This document shows, piece by piece, positions 24,365-37,431 of a DNA stretch of 57,033 bases (position 1 is its first letter; each line of letters opens with the position of its first letter). Under the pieces are notes generated by a model. It was not told the origin of the DNA. It made no database searches and worked only from the letters and a program-made list of their open reading frames with translations. The stretch is from Girardia tigrina (lineage: Eukaryota): contig MQRK01245561.1 of assembly GCA_001938485.1 (NCBI GenBank), positions 17,610 through 74,642 of the forward strand. The letters are read 5' to 3'. The position numbers and the translations under genes were made by a program.

Positions 24365-24591
24365 TTTTGACGAATGTTTTTTGATTCATAAAAATAATTT
24401 ATCGTCATTTTTTAAATATTTATATAAATTCAAAATAGTCCTCATACACAGATCAAGGTTTGAATATTCTTTAAGGGCACTTGAAGGTTAGAGTTAAAAA
24501 ACAAAGAGAACAACATCTTTGAAACATTGGACAAATTATGTACAGAGACACGATTTAAGAAACTTTTCAAAGAAGAGAACATTGTTATCAC

Positions 24592-25973
24592 CAGAGCCCC
24601 AGAATGTCAATAAAGTCAACTTTTGTTATGGAAACCAAAATTGTACAAGATACACGTTACTTTCATCCATTTTGTAAAATATAGCCAGGAAAAAAATTTT
24701 AAGATCAATAAAAGTCAATTTTTTTGTTTTGTGTCAATAAAGTCTACTTTTGTTATATAAATAACAATTTTGGTGAGGATTTTTAAAAATTATGAAATTA
24801 TAATAAATTAAAAAAAATTGGTTTAATAATAAGCAAATTTAATTGCAATAAATATTTCTTTCAATAATTAACAAAAATCTAATTTTAAAAGCAGCATGAT
24901 TCTCATTTATTATTAGTGTAAGCTTTTTAATTTTATATTTGATAGAGAATTAAATTTATAAATTTTAACGGATTATTATTTACCTGGCTGTTATATATCA
25001 TTACAATAATGCCCAAATTAACGGTATCAATTAGAATGAAAGCTCAGAAAATTGTATACAACTATCCCTCTGAATTTAGTTTAAATCCTTTATTTATTTT
25101 GTATACACAACTATTAAATGTGAGAAACAATTTCTAGTGGATACGCACTGTTCAACTTCTAAGCAAACTCGAAATTCTAAACGCTTTAATTCTCAATTTA
25201 CATTGACCTCTCAGATGCAATCATTTATTTATGTTGGTAAAAATGATTTCGCGCGTGATGTAACTGAAGCCTTTCTCTCTTCATTATGAAAAATAAGACA
25301 CCAATGTCTTAGGCGTTTGTTCTCAAGCATTGGTTATCATCTGCCTTCTGAAAAAACATGACGATCACTTATTTCAAATATTTACCAAGAAGAAATGACT
25401 TGTATTTGCCTAGTTATAGAAAATAAACCAATTTTCTTAGTTATTGATGAATCGGATGTAACTGGAAAAAAATTATGAACATTCTAATTGGTGCTTTGGA
25501 TGATGCAAAGAAGACTAACATGTGTGAATTTTTTGCTACAACAGTGCCAACCATCAACAACTTCTTTCGAAAGAAGTTTTTAGATGCTGAAGAAGATGCT
25601 TGCAAATGACAGGAATTTCAAAAACGGAAATATAAAGCAATTTGTCATTCTTTATTGTAATAAATCTGATGAGCAATGATAATAAATTTGATTTCAGTTG
25701 ATTTTTTGAATTTGTTTTAAGATTGGTTTCATAATTCAACAATACCGGACTTAGTTTAATTGTTTAAAAATTAATGGAAAAAAATAAGAAGTCAATTTTT
25801 TACGGTTAATATATTACTTTTTAGAAGTCAATTTTTAAATTTTATAGGTCAATTTTTATATTGTATAGGTCAATTTTTTAGGTTAATAAAACCTGATGTA
25901 ATTGTTTTATTAAATACCTAAATGTCAATAAAATCAATAAAAGTCAATTTTTTATTTTTTTTAAAATGATCTG
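24592..25973 (+). mobile_element. Degenerate hAT element with CGGBP1-like transposase remnant
   Basis: Ends CAGAG.../...ATCTG with imperfect 8-bp flanks (GTTATCAC/GTTATAAA). Subterminal AAAGTCAA(T/C)TTT repeats at both ends. Peptides MPKLTVSIRMKAQKIV..YPSEF (~25009) and FLVIDES. Confidence 0.55.
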
Positions 25974-26699
25974 GTTATAAAACATAGATCATTAAAATAC
26001 GATATTCTGAAGGATTTAGATCATTTAAGGAGTGCTTGTAATCTAAATATTGTTTTCATCAAACTTAAAGTACATGGTTTCGTCTCAAGTAAAGCGAAAA
26101 TGAATTGTGGATTAGTGGTTAATCTGGTTTAAGCTTTAATTAAGTTATTAACATACAGGATGACCCCTTGAACAGGAGATTTTTGGGATGTGCATTTTAC
26201 AGATTTTTATTAATTATATTTATCACCAAACCTTGTGTTGGAGATGTAAAAATAAAAGCTTTCTATCATCAGCATTCAGATATACGTGAAATTTAATCAA
26301 TTTTAGAGTGAAAATGGACAAACAGTAACCATTGCAAGTAATGTGAGGATAACATGGAAAAACTAGTGCACCCTAAGAACAAAGTATTAAGCAAATCATA
26401 TCAAAGTTTTTGGAATGTACAAATACAAGTACAGGTGTAAGCAAAGGATAGGAAAGAGGTAAAAACAGGACAAGTCAAGAAATTAGTGAAAATAGTGAAC
26501 ACTTCCTGCAGGACCCATCAAAATTAAACAGGAGAACAACTCAAGAGCTTACGCACCATTTTACAAAGAATATTAAAAGAATATTTAAGGATGAATCCGT
26601 ATAAAATTTTCGTATGTTAAACCACCAAAGAATGAGATTGTATTCGGCGTTTAGAGATCGCCATTAGTCTTCTATAAACGCCAGAGATATGTTTTTTGG

Positions 26700-27300
26700 T
26701 TTTCTTAATCTTTCCAATGCCATATGACATACGGCGTACATCACTCTAGAAATGTGTAATCGAAATGTGCCTTATGATGAACGTTGTACACCATGTTGAA
26801 AAAGTGCAATTAAGTTGAATTCATATTGCTCAGTCATGAATTAAGCTCAGAAAATGTTGTATTCCAATAACACATAATGCTTATGAAATTAGTTAAGTAA
26901 AATAATATTTGGGCACCAGAAGAACAGAGATCAACAGCCACGCGACAACAGTTTCTATTTTGCCAAATTTCATTTGGGACATAGCGTTAATAACTAAAAG
27001 GAGTTCCGGCACTGGAAGGATTAAAAGATAACGAGTTCAGAAATCCTACAAGACTTGATGGGAGAAATGAAGACGACGATCTACGATATTCTAATTTCTA
27101 CTCGTGAGGTAGTTTGAGAAGGTTTTGTAAAATCGACCACGAGACGTGGTTACATCCAGTGGAGGGTACTTCAACAATCACATATCTAAATCCGCAATAT
27201 GTGTTCTTTTAGTGAAAAATAGATCAATTTTCTTCAACAAACAGTTTTCGAATGGTAAATTTTTCAAAAAGCTCTCGCCTATCCACACCGCTCTATAAAC
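26700..27300 (+). pseudogene. Possible MULE transposase remnant
   Basis: Degenerate FHLGHS (~26968) and HNAYE resemble the MULE CxFHLxQ region; highly eroded. Confidence 0.3.
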
Positions 27301-27644
27301 AATCGCTTTAGTATTTGTGTAACGCTCAAAAAAAGAAATGTTTTAAGACCGCCGGATCAGAAATTCATGTTTAAAAGATTCGAATTTATTCATTGAAAAA
27401 GAGCATGTTAATAAAAATATCAAGTAATTAATTAGTGAAAACATCATTTGATATTTAGCACCTTGAAATATGAATGGAATCAATTCGCGTGTTTCTGAAT
27501 ACACACACTGACACGTACATACATCCACATAGACACACAATGCATTCAGACACACACACGACCCATTCATCGGTGGCCAGTTAGACAGATACATATATCG
27601 ATTATCAATCAAATTAAATTAATATCAACAAAAAAATTTAGCAT

Positions 27645-27690
27645 TAATAATAATAATAATATAATAATAATATAATTAATAATAATAATG
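27645..27690. repeat. (AAT)n microsatellite in the DCAF8 3' region
   Basis: Imperfect TAA run. Confidence 0.8.
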
Positions 27691-27713
27691 AAAAATAATT
27701 ATACGAATAATAA

Positions 27714-30051
27714 TCAATAAATGCCTCTAACCAGGTTATCGAGATTATTATCCATTGAATAAGGGAAAGATTCGTCCCGACGTTTCCAATTGAGTGCGGT
27801 TATCTAAACATCGGGAATACGGGTCACTGCCATTTGAATAAGATAATTAAACAGACCACTCTCAAATTACGCAAATTGAATGGAATCTTGTCACAACTAT
27901 CCGTGTAGTCGGAACTGTCGCAACTGTCGGCGCAGTCTTTACCGTTCAGTGGAGAATTGGCAGCTCGCTCATCAAGTTTCTTCCAGGCACTATCTATTCT
28001 TGCGGTCTCTTCGTCGCGCTCGAGTAGCGGCAAATCAAGTGGCAGACAACGGTCATGCGTACCATCAGCGGCAATCATACTCCAAAGTTTGATATCGTGA
28101 TCGAGTCCAGCTGTTGCAAGAATCGGCATGGAAGGATGAGGCTCGAGCACATTAACAACACCGTTCTCATCTGCTCGGAACCAGTTGACAAGAGCCTCAG
28201 ATTCTCTCTCCCATAATAAAACGTGACCATCATTGCTGCCACTCACTACGAATTCATGTTTCGGTCCGTAAAACGCGACACCGGTCACAGTTTGGACATT
28301 TCTGTGACCCTGGTAGCGATGTATTGTGTGCGGTTCATCTGAAGTTTTGGAAGCCGTGCTGAGTAAATAGATATCGTCATCATTATATGAGGCAAGCAAT
28401 GAATTGCCATCATGACTATAGGCAACCGAAGTTATATGATAACTCGAGTGAGGCTTTCTTCTTAAGTTCTCAGGGCAAAGTTCTTGTAAACACGACTTAG
28501 TGTTTCGTCGGTCAAAAACAAACACACGGCTATCTTTACCAGCCAATGCAAATTCTTGACTGCGTACCGGACTACAAGATATTGAGTAGAGTGGCACCTT
28601 TTCCACAGAACAGATCTCAATTGGTCGTTCACGAGTTCTTACATCGGAGCCAAGTACTCGAGTATCTTCACCAGCGCTGATTACCAGACTTGACTGGTCA
28701 ATGGGTACGTCCATCTTATGACAACAGTCCTTGTGGCGGGCTAATAATCGACTATACTGCAATTGACCTGTAGATGATAGTGCTGCATATCGTACAGTTG
28801 CGTCCCGACTGCAGGAGACTAGTTCTAAATCATTACTACCCGGTAGAAAGCGAACTTGAAATACGTTACTCGTGTGACCCACAATAAATCTTGCTAATTG
28901 ACGCTTCTGTTGCCAGTCAGTAATTACTAGATGCTTGTCATCACTGCCGCTGGCAATCCATGAACCATTGCTACTAAAATCTAGAGCGTTTACACAACCT
29001 TCATGAGCATTAAATCGTGTTTCCAATCCAAGTCTTCTTACAGACCATCGACTACCATAAATTGCGTTTTTAATATCCCATACACCATTTCGTTGTACTC
29101 TTTCATTGCTCTTTACTTCTACTTTTTTTATCACAGGAAATTCTTTCTTTATCTCATCTTCATCTTCCTCTTTTCTTCGTTTTTCATCACTTAAATATTT
29201 GATCTTTTGTGTATTTTTGAATACAAGTTTTTCTCTTCGTTTTCTTCCAACGTTTTCAGTGTTATATTCCATATCATCATCCACATCCATTTTACATTGA
29301 TCAACCTCATTTTCATCCATTCTTTCATTTTCTTTTAAATCAATCTTTTGAATATTATCTTCAACTAATTCGTCTTTCAGTGTAACACTCTCATTTTCAC
29401 ATTCTACATATTCTTTTTTCTCAAAAGACCACATCGGAATAATCCGAGAAAATCTCCGACAACTTGCCCAATCTCCTCGCTCTCTTGCTGCTAATAAATA
29501 ATAAAGATTTCTTGCAATATTTTGGTCACTACTCGCTAAATTCTTACTGTTTCCTACTCCTAATACCTTTAAATCTTCATTAACTTTGTTTCTTAGTAAA
29601 CTATATTCATTCAACTGTTCCTCTGTTACATTAGTGGACTGGCGATTCTCTCTTAGTCTGAATCGTGGTTCGACATTGAAGAATGATCCTAAATAATCTA
29701 ATAATTCTCTTTGAAAGGAAATTTCAATTTCTCCGGGGTTTGTAGAAACATTATTTTCACGAGCTGGATTACTGATATCACTATCGTTTTCATTGTTCTC
29801 AATTTCGCTATAATAGATATCGTCCGAACCATTTTCACTAAAACTGTCATTAGAATCATCACTAATATCTGGTGGATAAGGTCTTGTCAACTGTTCCCCA
29901 TCCTGATTTTCTTGAGAATTTATTTTGTCTCCATCTTCTTTTGATAATGCACAATTTGTTACGGATATTGGATCATTACAACTTTTAAAAGATTCATCTT
30001 CATCAGAACTATCATCTTGGTTAGATTTTTTTATTGTATTAGCAGATGGGT
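27714..30051 (-). CDS. DCAF8: DDB1- and CUL4-associated factor 8 (WDR42A) homolog; proposed exons 30051-27857 and 27803-27714 plus unseen upstream exon(s)
   Basis: WD40 repeats HEGCVNAL..SGSDD, GHTSNVFQ, YQGHRNVQTVTGVAFYGPKHEFVVSGS and VNVLEPHP..LATAGLDHDIKLW are diagnostic of DCAF8. The frame is open upstream to acceptor TTTCAG (30052). A 53-nt GT..AG intron 27856-27804 gives C-terminal VITALNWKRRDE...GIY*. Confidence 0.85.
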
Positions 30052-30731
30052 CTGAAAGAGAAAAAAATAAATATATAGAAATTTAAATGAAATGAGTAAT
30101 TTTTTATTATTAATGAAAATAAATAAATTATATTCTACAAACCAAATAAAATTAAATTTAAAAAAAATCAGTAATATTGATAACGTAATAATATTGTCAG
30201 TAATATTGTCTTTACGCAATTTTCACGCAACCTTTATTTACTTATTTATGGATAAATAAATAAATCAATCAATCAAAAAGAAAAATTAAAAAGAAAATTA
30301 GAAATTTGTTTTTTCGACTAAATTGGTCCAGTCGATTTTATTTTGGAAATTATTAAAATACATTCTTTAAAAAATTAAAAATTCTTATGTTTAACATTTA
30401 ATTCGACTGACTGATGAAATTTAATCATATTAGAAACGAAAAAAAAAATGGAAAAAACGTACCATTAGAAAATATAACAAAATAATGATTTTCAATTAAC
30501 AATTGTTGTTCATTTCTAAATAAATTAAGTAATAATTATAATTAATAATTATTGGAATATTTAAACAAATGAAATATTTATTATAATTATAATAATAAAG
30601 TTTTGCACCGCACAAGCAAGGTCAGTGATTTTTGTCAAAAGGCAGATGAAGACAATGAAAATTATATAAATTATTAAAACAAAAAATAATCAAATAATAA
30701 TAAAAACAAAATAAATTACAACACAAATTAA

Positions 30732-30774
30732 GTTGCTGAAGATGATCAAAGATTGTGATCGAAACATGCTCGAC
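30732..30774 (+). ncRNA. Degenerate minimal hammerhead ribozyme (solo PLE pLTR)
   Basis: GTTG|CTGAAGA|T|GATCA-AAGATTG-TGATC|GAAA|CATG|CT|CGAC. Stem II is 5 bp and stem I is 4 bp, but U16.1 is C, so the NUH site is lost. Confidence 0.6.
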
Positions 30775-32079
30775 GCCGTGAGACCCGTTAATTTTTATTG
30801 AAATAGTTTTTATTAAAATCTAGCGATCTCAGGAATTTTCTTCGTGTCCAAAATGGAGTAGCGGTTTAAGAAAGCCTGCTCTTAAGGCATGTAGGTAAAT
30901 CGCTGGAACATTACAAAATATTTCCTGTTATTATTTTACCATAATATTCTAAATATTTTTCATTAAGAAGTATATTTCATGGAAATGAAATCTTGGAACG
31001 ACATTAGAGAAAAACAAAATAAATCATTGAGAATGATTCCCTAAAAATGATACATAATCTCTGAATATGATAAAGCGATGCATCGATAATTAAATTGCAT
31101 TTATCCGATTAAAGAGTACAAAAATTGACTAGACACTTAAAATAATTCAGTCCTTATCGATACATATCATTATTAGGATCATTGCCACTACAACAGTCAG
31201 TTTCTCTTTGGATATTTAACATCACTATAAATTTAATATCTGGAATCAGTAATTATTATTAAAAATTTAATTACTTATTACAATTGTATACTGAATTACA
31301 TTATAATTTATTCAAAATTATATCATGTAATATTCTAAACAGCAATCAACCATCTGGCTGAGAGAGTTTCCAAGAACCATCATACAACATCTATAACATA
31401 TTATTCAATAATATTCCCCACAGACATCAATAAAATGTTAGGAGCCTTATACATTTAATTATATCAAAATAATTATGATGAATAATTAATATTAATAATT
31501 AATTTTCTCTGAATATTGAAAACCCTTTAATGTTAAAAATAATTTCATGCTTATCGAAATACCAATCTTATTCTTTTAAAAACCTGAATAGAATAGCAAA
31601 TAAACACAAGAGTGAATAATAAATATTTAGACTTGTATTTAATCTTACGTGTCCTAAATAAAGTTTGATAAGAAAAAGCATGTCCTTTGCCCCAGTCACG
31701 ACATTGCTGGTCACATGACGCTAGCGGCCAAATACTAGTGCTAATATGTCCATGACTTACTATGAATTTACTTATAATACTATTCAACACAAAAAAAGAT
31801 TTACAAAGTATATTTAAAAAAACATTTATTGAAACTCGAAGATAATAGTTTCAAATTTTATATTTTCTTTAAAAATAGATATTATTTTTTTTACTAATTT
31901 ATAAACATTTTAAAATATTTATTAAAAATATTAATTGTCACAGTAGAAATTGTACTTCAATCATTGATCGTTGAAATTCAATTTTATTTTATTACTTTTT
32001 ATCATATTTTATTATTCTTTCTTAATATTGTCGTAATTGTTCTTCATTTTTACAATAAAAATGATTATAAAATGATCGT

Positions 32080-33426
32080 ATAAATAAAAGTATAAATTTT
32101 AAAGCTTTCCTAGAAGAAACTGAATCACAAAATGGGGATTTATTATTGCAAACTGAAGTTCGTTGATTAAACAGGCGCCAGGTGCTTAATAGATTTGTAG
32201 CATACTTTGACGAAATAAAAATATTTCTCTATGAAATTGGGGAAGTTTATCTCGAGCTTGATGATAAGAAATGGTTCTTAGAAAGTTGTCTTCTTAACTG
32301 ACATAATGATCCATTATAATTAATTTAAACAACGACTAAAGGGTTAATAACCATACAGTTCTAAAAATGTTCGAGGAATGGAAGAGTTTTTGTTCCAAAT
32401 TAGTTTAATTTGAAGTGGATATAAAAACCCGTACATTTCAGTTCTTTTCAAAGCTAAAATTAAAAAATGAAAAAGAAAATATTAAAGAAGACGATTTAAA
32501 AACTTTTGACACCTTCATATCAAATATTAACTGCTAGGGCTGGCGAACTTATAGATTTTTAAATTTTTAAAATAGCTTAAATATAAACTTTAGATATAAA
32601 CTATAAATGTAAACTTTAGATACAAACTTAAAATAAATTTAATAAACATAAAATAACTTTTTAATAACAAAAAAAGAATTTAAAATTAATAAGTTGCCAA
32701 AAGGTTTTAATAAAAATATAAAGGATTTGAATTTAATTATTTACGATAAGATTTTAATAAAAAAATAAGAATTTATTAATACTAAAATTAATAAGTTGAG
32801 ATAAAGTTTTGAATAAAAAAATATTTACATAAATTTATGACGATTATAAAATCCTATTTATATTTATACTTATTTATTTCTGATTCGTTGATAAGAAAAT
32901 AGTTCCTCGAAATAATTGTTTTAAAAATCGTTATGGTTATAGAAATATATTTTTACGTGTTAGGACTTCAAATTATGATTTCGAACCGAATGTTAACAAT
33001 GAATTCGCAAAGAGATTTCAAACTCTAAAAAAGCATTGACCATCAAAGTTTTTAAATCTACAAAAAATTGTATTTGCTCTTTTATTCGTTTTTAGTTCTA
33101 GTTAAAAATGAGAAAACATTTTCATAAATGAAATATATTTTAAATAAAAACAGGATGAGGTGCAGCGTCAAGGATGTCATTAATCACAAAGACTAATGAT
33201 AGAAAATTTGTGAATTAATTAGAAATTAATTTTTTGGTTTTAGTTTTATTAATACTAAATTTTAGTGTCTTAAATTAAAAATATTAATGTTCTAAGTAAG
33301 CTATTGTACATAATTTCAGTTTCATATTTTACAATTTTTTAAATGCTCTCTGACCCGCCATAGGTTGTAAAAAGTTATATTTAACCCAAATATTACCCGC
33401 GACTCAAAAAGGCTACCGACTGCTGG
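32080..33426 (+). pseudogene. hAT (GTF2IRD2/SPIN-like) transposase remnant with right end
   Basis: FKAFLEETESQNGDLLLQTEVR*LNRRQVLNRF..FDEIKIFL. Right end AAAAAGGCTACCGACTGCTG with GACCCGC-type subterminal motifs. Confidence 0.65.
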
Positions 33427-33983
33427 TTTAAAGCTTACTAAAACACATTTTAAAAGTTTTTATTAGTTGATATTTAATTAAAAATTTATAAATTTGAATA
33501 AAAAGTTATAAAAATTTAATTTGTCTAATTACTTATTAAAAAAATCGATATATTTTGAAAGTATTATTAGAAGCCTAAACATGTATTGTAAAAATAGAGA
33601 AACACAGAATTTATCTTTGATAGATAATACGATTTTGACTGCGATTGCGAAAGAAACTTATCTGGACACTAACATGTCATTGTCGAATTAGACTGATTTA
33701 TGTAAATACAATTATGTATAATGATCTAAATGATGAGTATTCTTCAAATGTACTAGATGTTACGCTACAATTTCACAACTAAATATAATTATTGAATTGT
33801 TTCAGTTATATTTGTTCTCGATCATTTTATAAAAGTTTTAATTTTAAATATTTCATATGAAAATAACAATATTAAAATAAAATAAAAAATATATAAATAC
33901 GCTGTTTCAATGTAGTATTTATAGTAATAAAAAGTGATTTATTCGTCAACCAAATAAAATGAAAATAAAAGAATTGTTAAAAT

Positions 33984-35358
33984 TAGAGATGTCGTATTTG
34001 ATTTTTTGAAATCCGGTCGGAGCCGGATTTGGCAGGTTTTAAGAAAATAAAATCCAGCTCCGGCCGGAGCTGGAGCCCGATTTGTGACGAGTTTAAGTAA
34101 GTAGCTACTTATGCTAAATTAAAGTAATTTTTTAAGAATAGCTGGAAATTGTACCTATTAGAAAAATGAATTGCAAATAATAAATAACTACTAATAATTA
34201 TTTTAAATATTTTATTAAAATTTGAACATAGAAACATATAAATACAAAACTATATGAAAAAAATAGTTTTTTAATTTCTTATTAAATCAATATTGTACTT
34301 CAAAAAATTAGTCTTGAAGCAGTTTCTGCAAGGGGTCTTTGAAAGTATTATTAGAAACCTAAAAATATATTGTAAAAATAGAGAAACACAAATAGAGAAA
34401 CATGTGATCTCTGATTACTTCACCTGCCACACTAAATAATCGTTCAGGTGGTATACTAGTCGGATGTGATCCCAGGTACACTCGAGCTACTTTAGCTAAA
34501 CTATGAAATCTCTCTTTATTATATTTCCACCATTTCAGTGGATCTTCTGACCGTGAGACCACGGGTTCAGACAGTTACTGGCATAATTCTGACTCGATAA
34601 ATGCAGATATGTGATGTTGCTCAGTGGGTGTTGACTGGACGATCTCATGAACACAGTCTCAAAGTATAGAGCTATCCATGATTTCTTAGCTGCTGGTTTA
34701 AGAGACTGCTGTTAGAGGAGGAAATCAACGTAGAACTTGTTGAATGAACATTCTAATAGTATTAAAAGATAGCAGTACACTGGCATTTACAACCGTCATA
34801 TTGGACAAAATGCAATTTACGATTTTGAAATTCAATTGTTATTCTTTGAAATATAATATGGTTTATTGAAAAAAAATTAATGGATGTACTTGAATTGTTT
34901 ATTTACGTTTATTAACGTTGACTAAATTTAGGAAATATATAGTCGGTTAACTCGAATCGTGTGGAGCGGAAAAAAACATTAGAGATATCCGAGTTTGCAG
35001 ATAATGTGATATATTTTCTTTTACTTTTTTGGTGACAAAATTACCTTCGGGATAGCCGAATATTCGAGATAACCGAGTTTGACTGTATGTAGATATACCT
35101 TATGACTCAAAAGATTGAAATAAAATTTAGAGAAAATTAAAAATCCCAATGAATTTGAGAAAAAAATTGAAAAATTTCTAAAATTGATTTTATTTTTTTC
35201 ATTTTTTTCTAAGTTTTGTTTTTTTTCGCTTTTTTGTACATTTGTATACCCTTACAAAATCCGGTACAAAACCGGCCAAATTATGGCTAGAGTCGGATTT
35301 GTAAAAAGGGTTAAAACCGGCTTCGGTCGGATTTGAACCGGATTCCGGCACATCCCTA
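33984..35358 (-). mobile_element. Internally deleted hAT (ZBED4/Ac-like) element
   Basis: TIR TAGAGATG/CATCCCTA. Perfect 8-bp TSD GTTAAAAT (33976-33983, 35359-35366). CCGG(A) subterminal repeats. ORF 34359-34562 is the hATC dimerisation domain (DPLKWWK..LAKVARVYL..PTSIPPERLFS). Confidence 0.92.
34940..35085. mobile_element. pogo/Tigger-type MITE nested in the hAT element
   Basis: Right end TTCGAGATAACCGAGTTTGACTG-TA; eroded left end TAGTCGGTTAACTCGAA. Confidence 0.6.
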
Positions 35359-35502
35359 GTTAAAATAATATTGATAATTTTATTATATTTTATATAAATT
35401 ATTATTTACTTTTTTATCAATTCATAAATATTTAATTTAAAATTTTATTAAAAGAATTCAAAATAATAAAAGTGAAACATAAATGTTTATTGTATAATGT
35501 TA

Positions 35503-36778
35503 TATTTGGTTGGCCAAAAAGTCATTGTGTTTTTGAGTACGTCCTAATAAAAAACTTGAAAATATAAAACGATGTGATAAAATTTAAATTCAATTATATA
35601 TTCTGAAACATCAATTTTCAGACTATGTTTATACAAAATATTAATTGATTTTGTTTTAATTTATTACTTTACGTCAATTCGAAATGGAAAATCAAAATGA
35701 GCATATTCGCCATGCTTTGTTACATTATTTTCGCAAAGGGAAAACCGCTGTACAAGCTCATAAGAAGATATGTTTTGTATATGGTAGTGACTCCTTAAAA
35801 CTTTGACAGTGTCGATATTGGTTTTCTAAATTTCGTTCTGAAAAATTTCATCTGAAAGATGCACCACGCTCCGGCCGACCAGATGAAGTTGATGGCGACA
35901 AAATAACAGCACTGATCAAATCTAATCCACATATGACGACAAGAGAAGTGGCAGAGACTCTGGAAATAACAAAATCAAGTGTTGGAAGTCATTTAAGGAT
36001 ACTTGGATTCGTCAGTAAACTCGATATGTGGTTACCACATGAACTGAAAGAAATTCATTTGGTGAAACGTATAGACATTTGCGATTCCCTTTTGAAGCGA
36101 GAACAAAGTGATCCATTTTTGAAGCGCTTGATTACGGGTGATGAAAAATGGATTGTTTACAACAATGTGGAACGCCGACGATCATGGACAAAACGTGGTG
36201 AGCCTGCCAAAACGATCCCAAAAGCATAAATTTACCAAAAGAAGGTTATGCTTTCCGTCTGGTGGGATTTTAAAAGGAATTGTGTTTTTTGAATTCCTTC
36301 CGAGGAATGAAACGATCAATTCAGACAGATATTGTGATCAGCTAGAGAAATTGGCTCATTCAATTCAACAGGAACGTCCTAAATTGGCAAATCGAAAAGG
36401 AGTTGTGATTCAGCATGATAACGCAAGACCGCGTACAAGTTTGACCACTCGCCAGAAACTCTTATCACTGGGTTGGGAGGTTTTGCCGCACCCACCGTAT
36501 TCTCCAGACTTGGCGCCATCGAATTTTCAAATATTTAGATCACTGCAGAATTCCTTAAACAGAAAAACATTCGCCAGTGATGATGACATCAAATCGCTTT
36601 TTTGCTGACAAAGGCAATGGTTTTTATGAATCAGGAATAATGAAGCTACCGGAAAGGTAGAAGAAAGTGATTGAAAATAATGGAGAATATATTGTGTAAA
36701 AATATTTGTGCATCCATGTCATTTTTTGATAATAAATATTTTAGTAAAAAACGCAATGACTTTTTGGTCAACACAATA
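35503..36778 (+). mobile_element. Full-length mariner (DD34D, mellifera-subfamily-like), transposase pseudogenised
   Basis: ~30-bp TIRs TATTTGGTTGGCCAAAAAGTCATTG.. / ..CAATGACTTTTTGGTCAACACAATA. ORF from ATG 35684 (MENQNEHIRHALLHYFRKGK) with WLPHEL, ITGDEKW, HDNARP and YSPDLAPS motifs; stops and frameshifts present. Confidence 0.95.
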
Positions 36779-37431
36779 TTTTATTATATATTGTAGTAAG
36801 GTAGATAGGTGTTTAATTCTGTTTTCAAGACTTTTGGAGAAACAGACAACTTTATCTGAGAACGATACAATCTCATCAAGTTTAAATGTTCATAAACATG
36901 TGATTTTTTAAAAGTTCCTTTATTACCATTGTTTTTAAATCTTTTTTACTAATAAGTTCTGCTACTACTTCTCCCTTTTTTCTACTTATTTACAGATATC
37001 TCCATTCAGAAATCTAACAAAATGTCTCTGCGGCATTTTTAATAGGGAACAAGTGTATTAATCTTAAAATCAAAATTTAGTTTAAAATATTTTAAAAATT
37101 TTATAATTATTATCTATTATTTAAATTATCATTATTATTCCACCAATAAATTCTCTCGGTCTCCAACTCGATCATCTCTATTTCCAGCAATTTATCAAAA
37201 ATATTTCTAAACTTTAATTAAAATTCGAAAAAAAATTATATCGATTATTTCGACTGGAAATAGAAACAAATCGCAGAATAAAATCTCTCAAATTGCTGAC
37301 TAAAACTGGTCAGAAATCAAGAATAGTACTTTTTAGCTGCGTCCATATCATTCTCGATATATAAAGTAAAAATTCATATTTATTAGCACAAATTAATATT
37401 TTGTAATGTATATAAATTCAAACAAATATTA

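Larger units (their letters stand above)
23479..24386 (-). mobile_element. Penelope-like element with inverted pLTRs
   Basis: Minus-strand body gives GFVLTVPYSQGF and LAYQYKCNGCDS (GIY-YIG start). Arms 23479-23706 and 24178-24386 are inverted copies, each with a (C)EAL..KSFDPKINE-type end and a hammerhead. Confidence 0.85.

Noticed and set aside
26250-26280. Minus-strand CTGATGA-TA-GAAAGCTTT hammerhead-like string
   Set aside because: No stem II and no convincing stem I.
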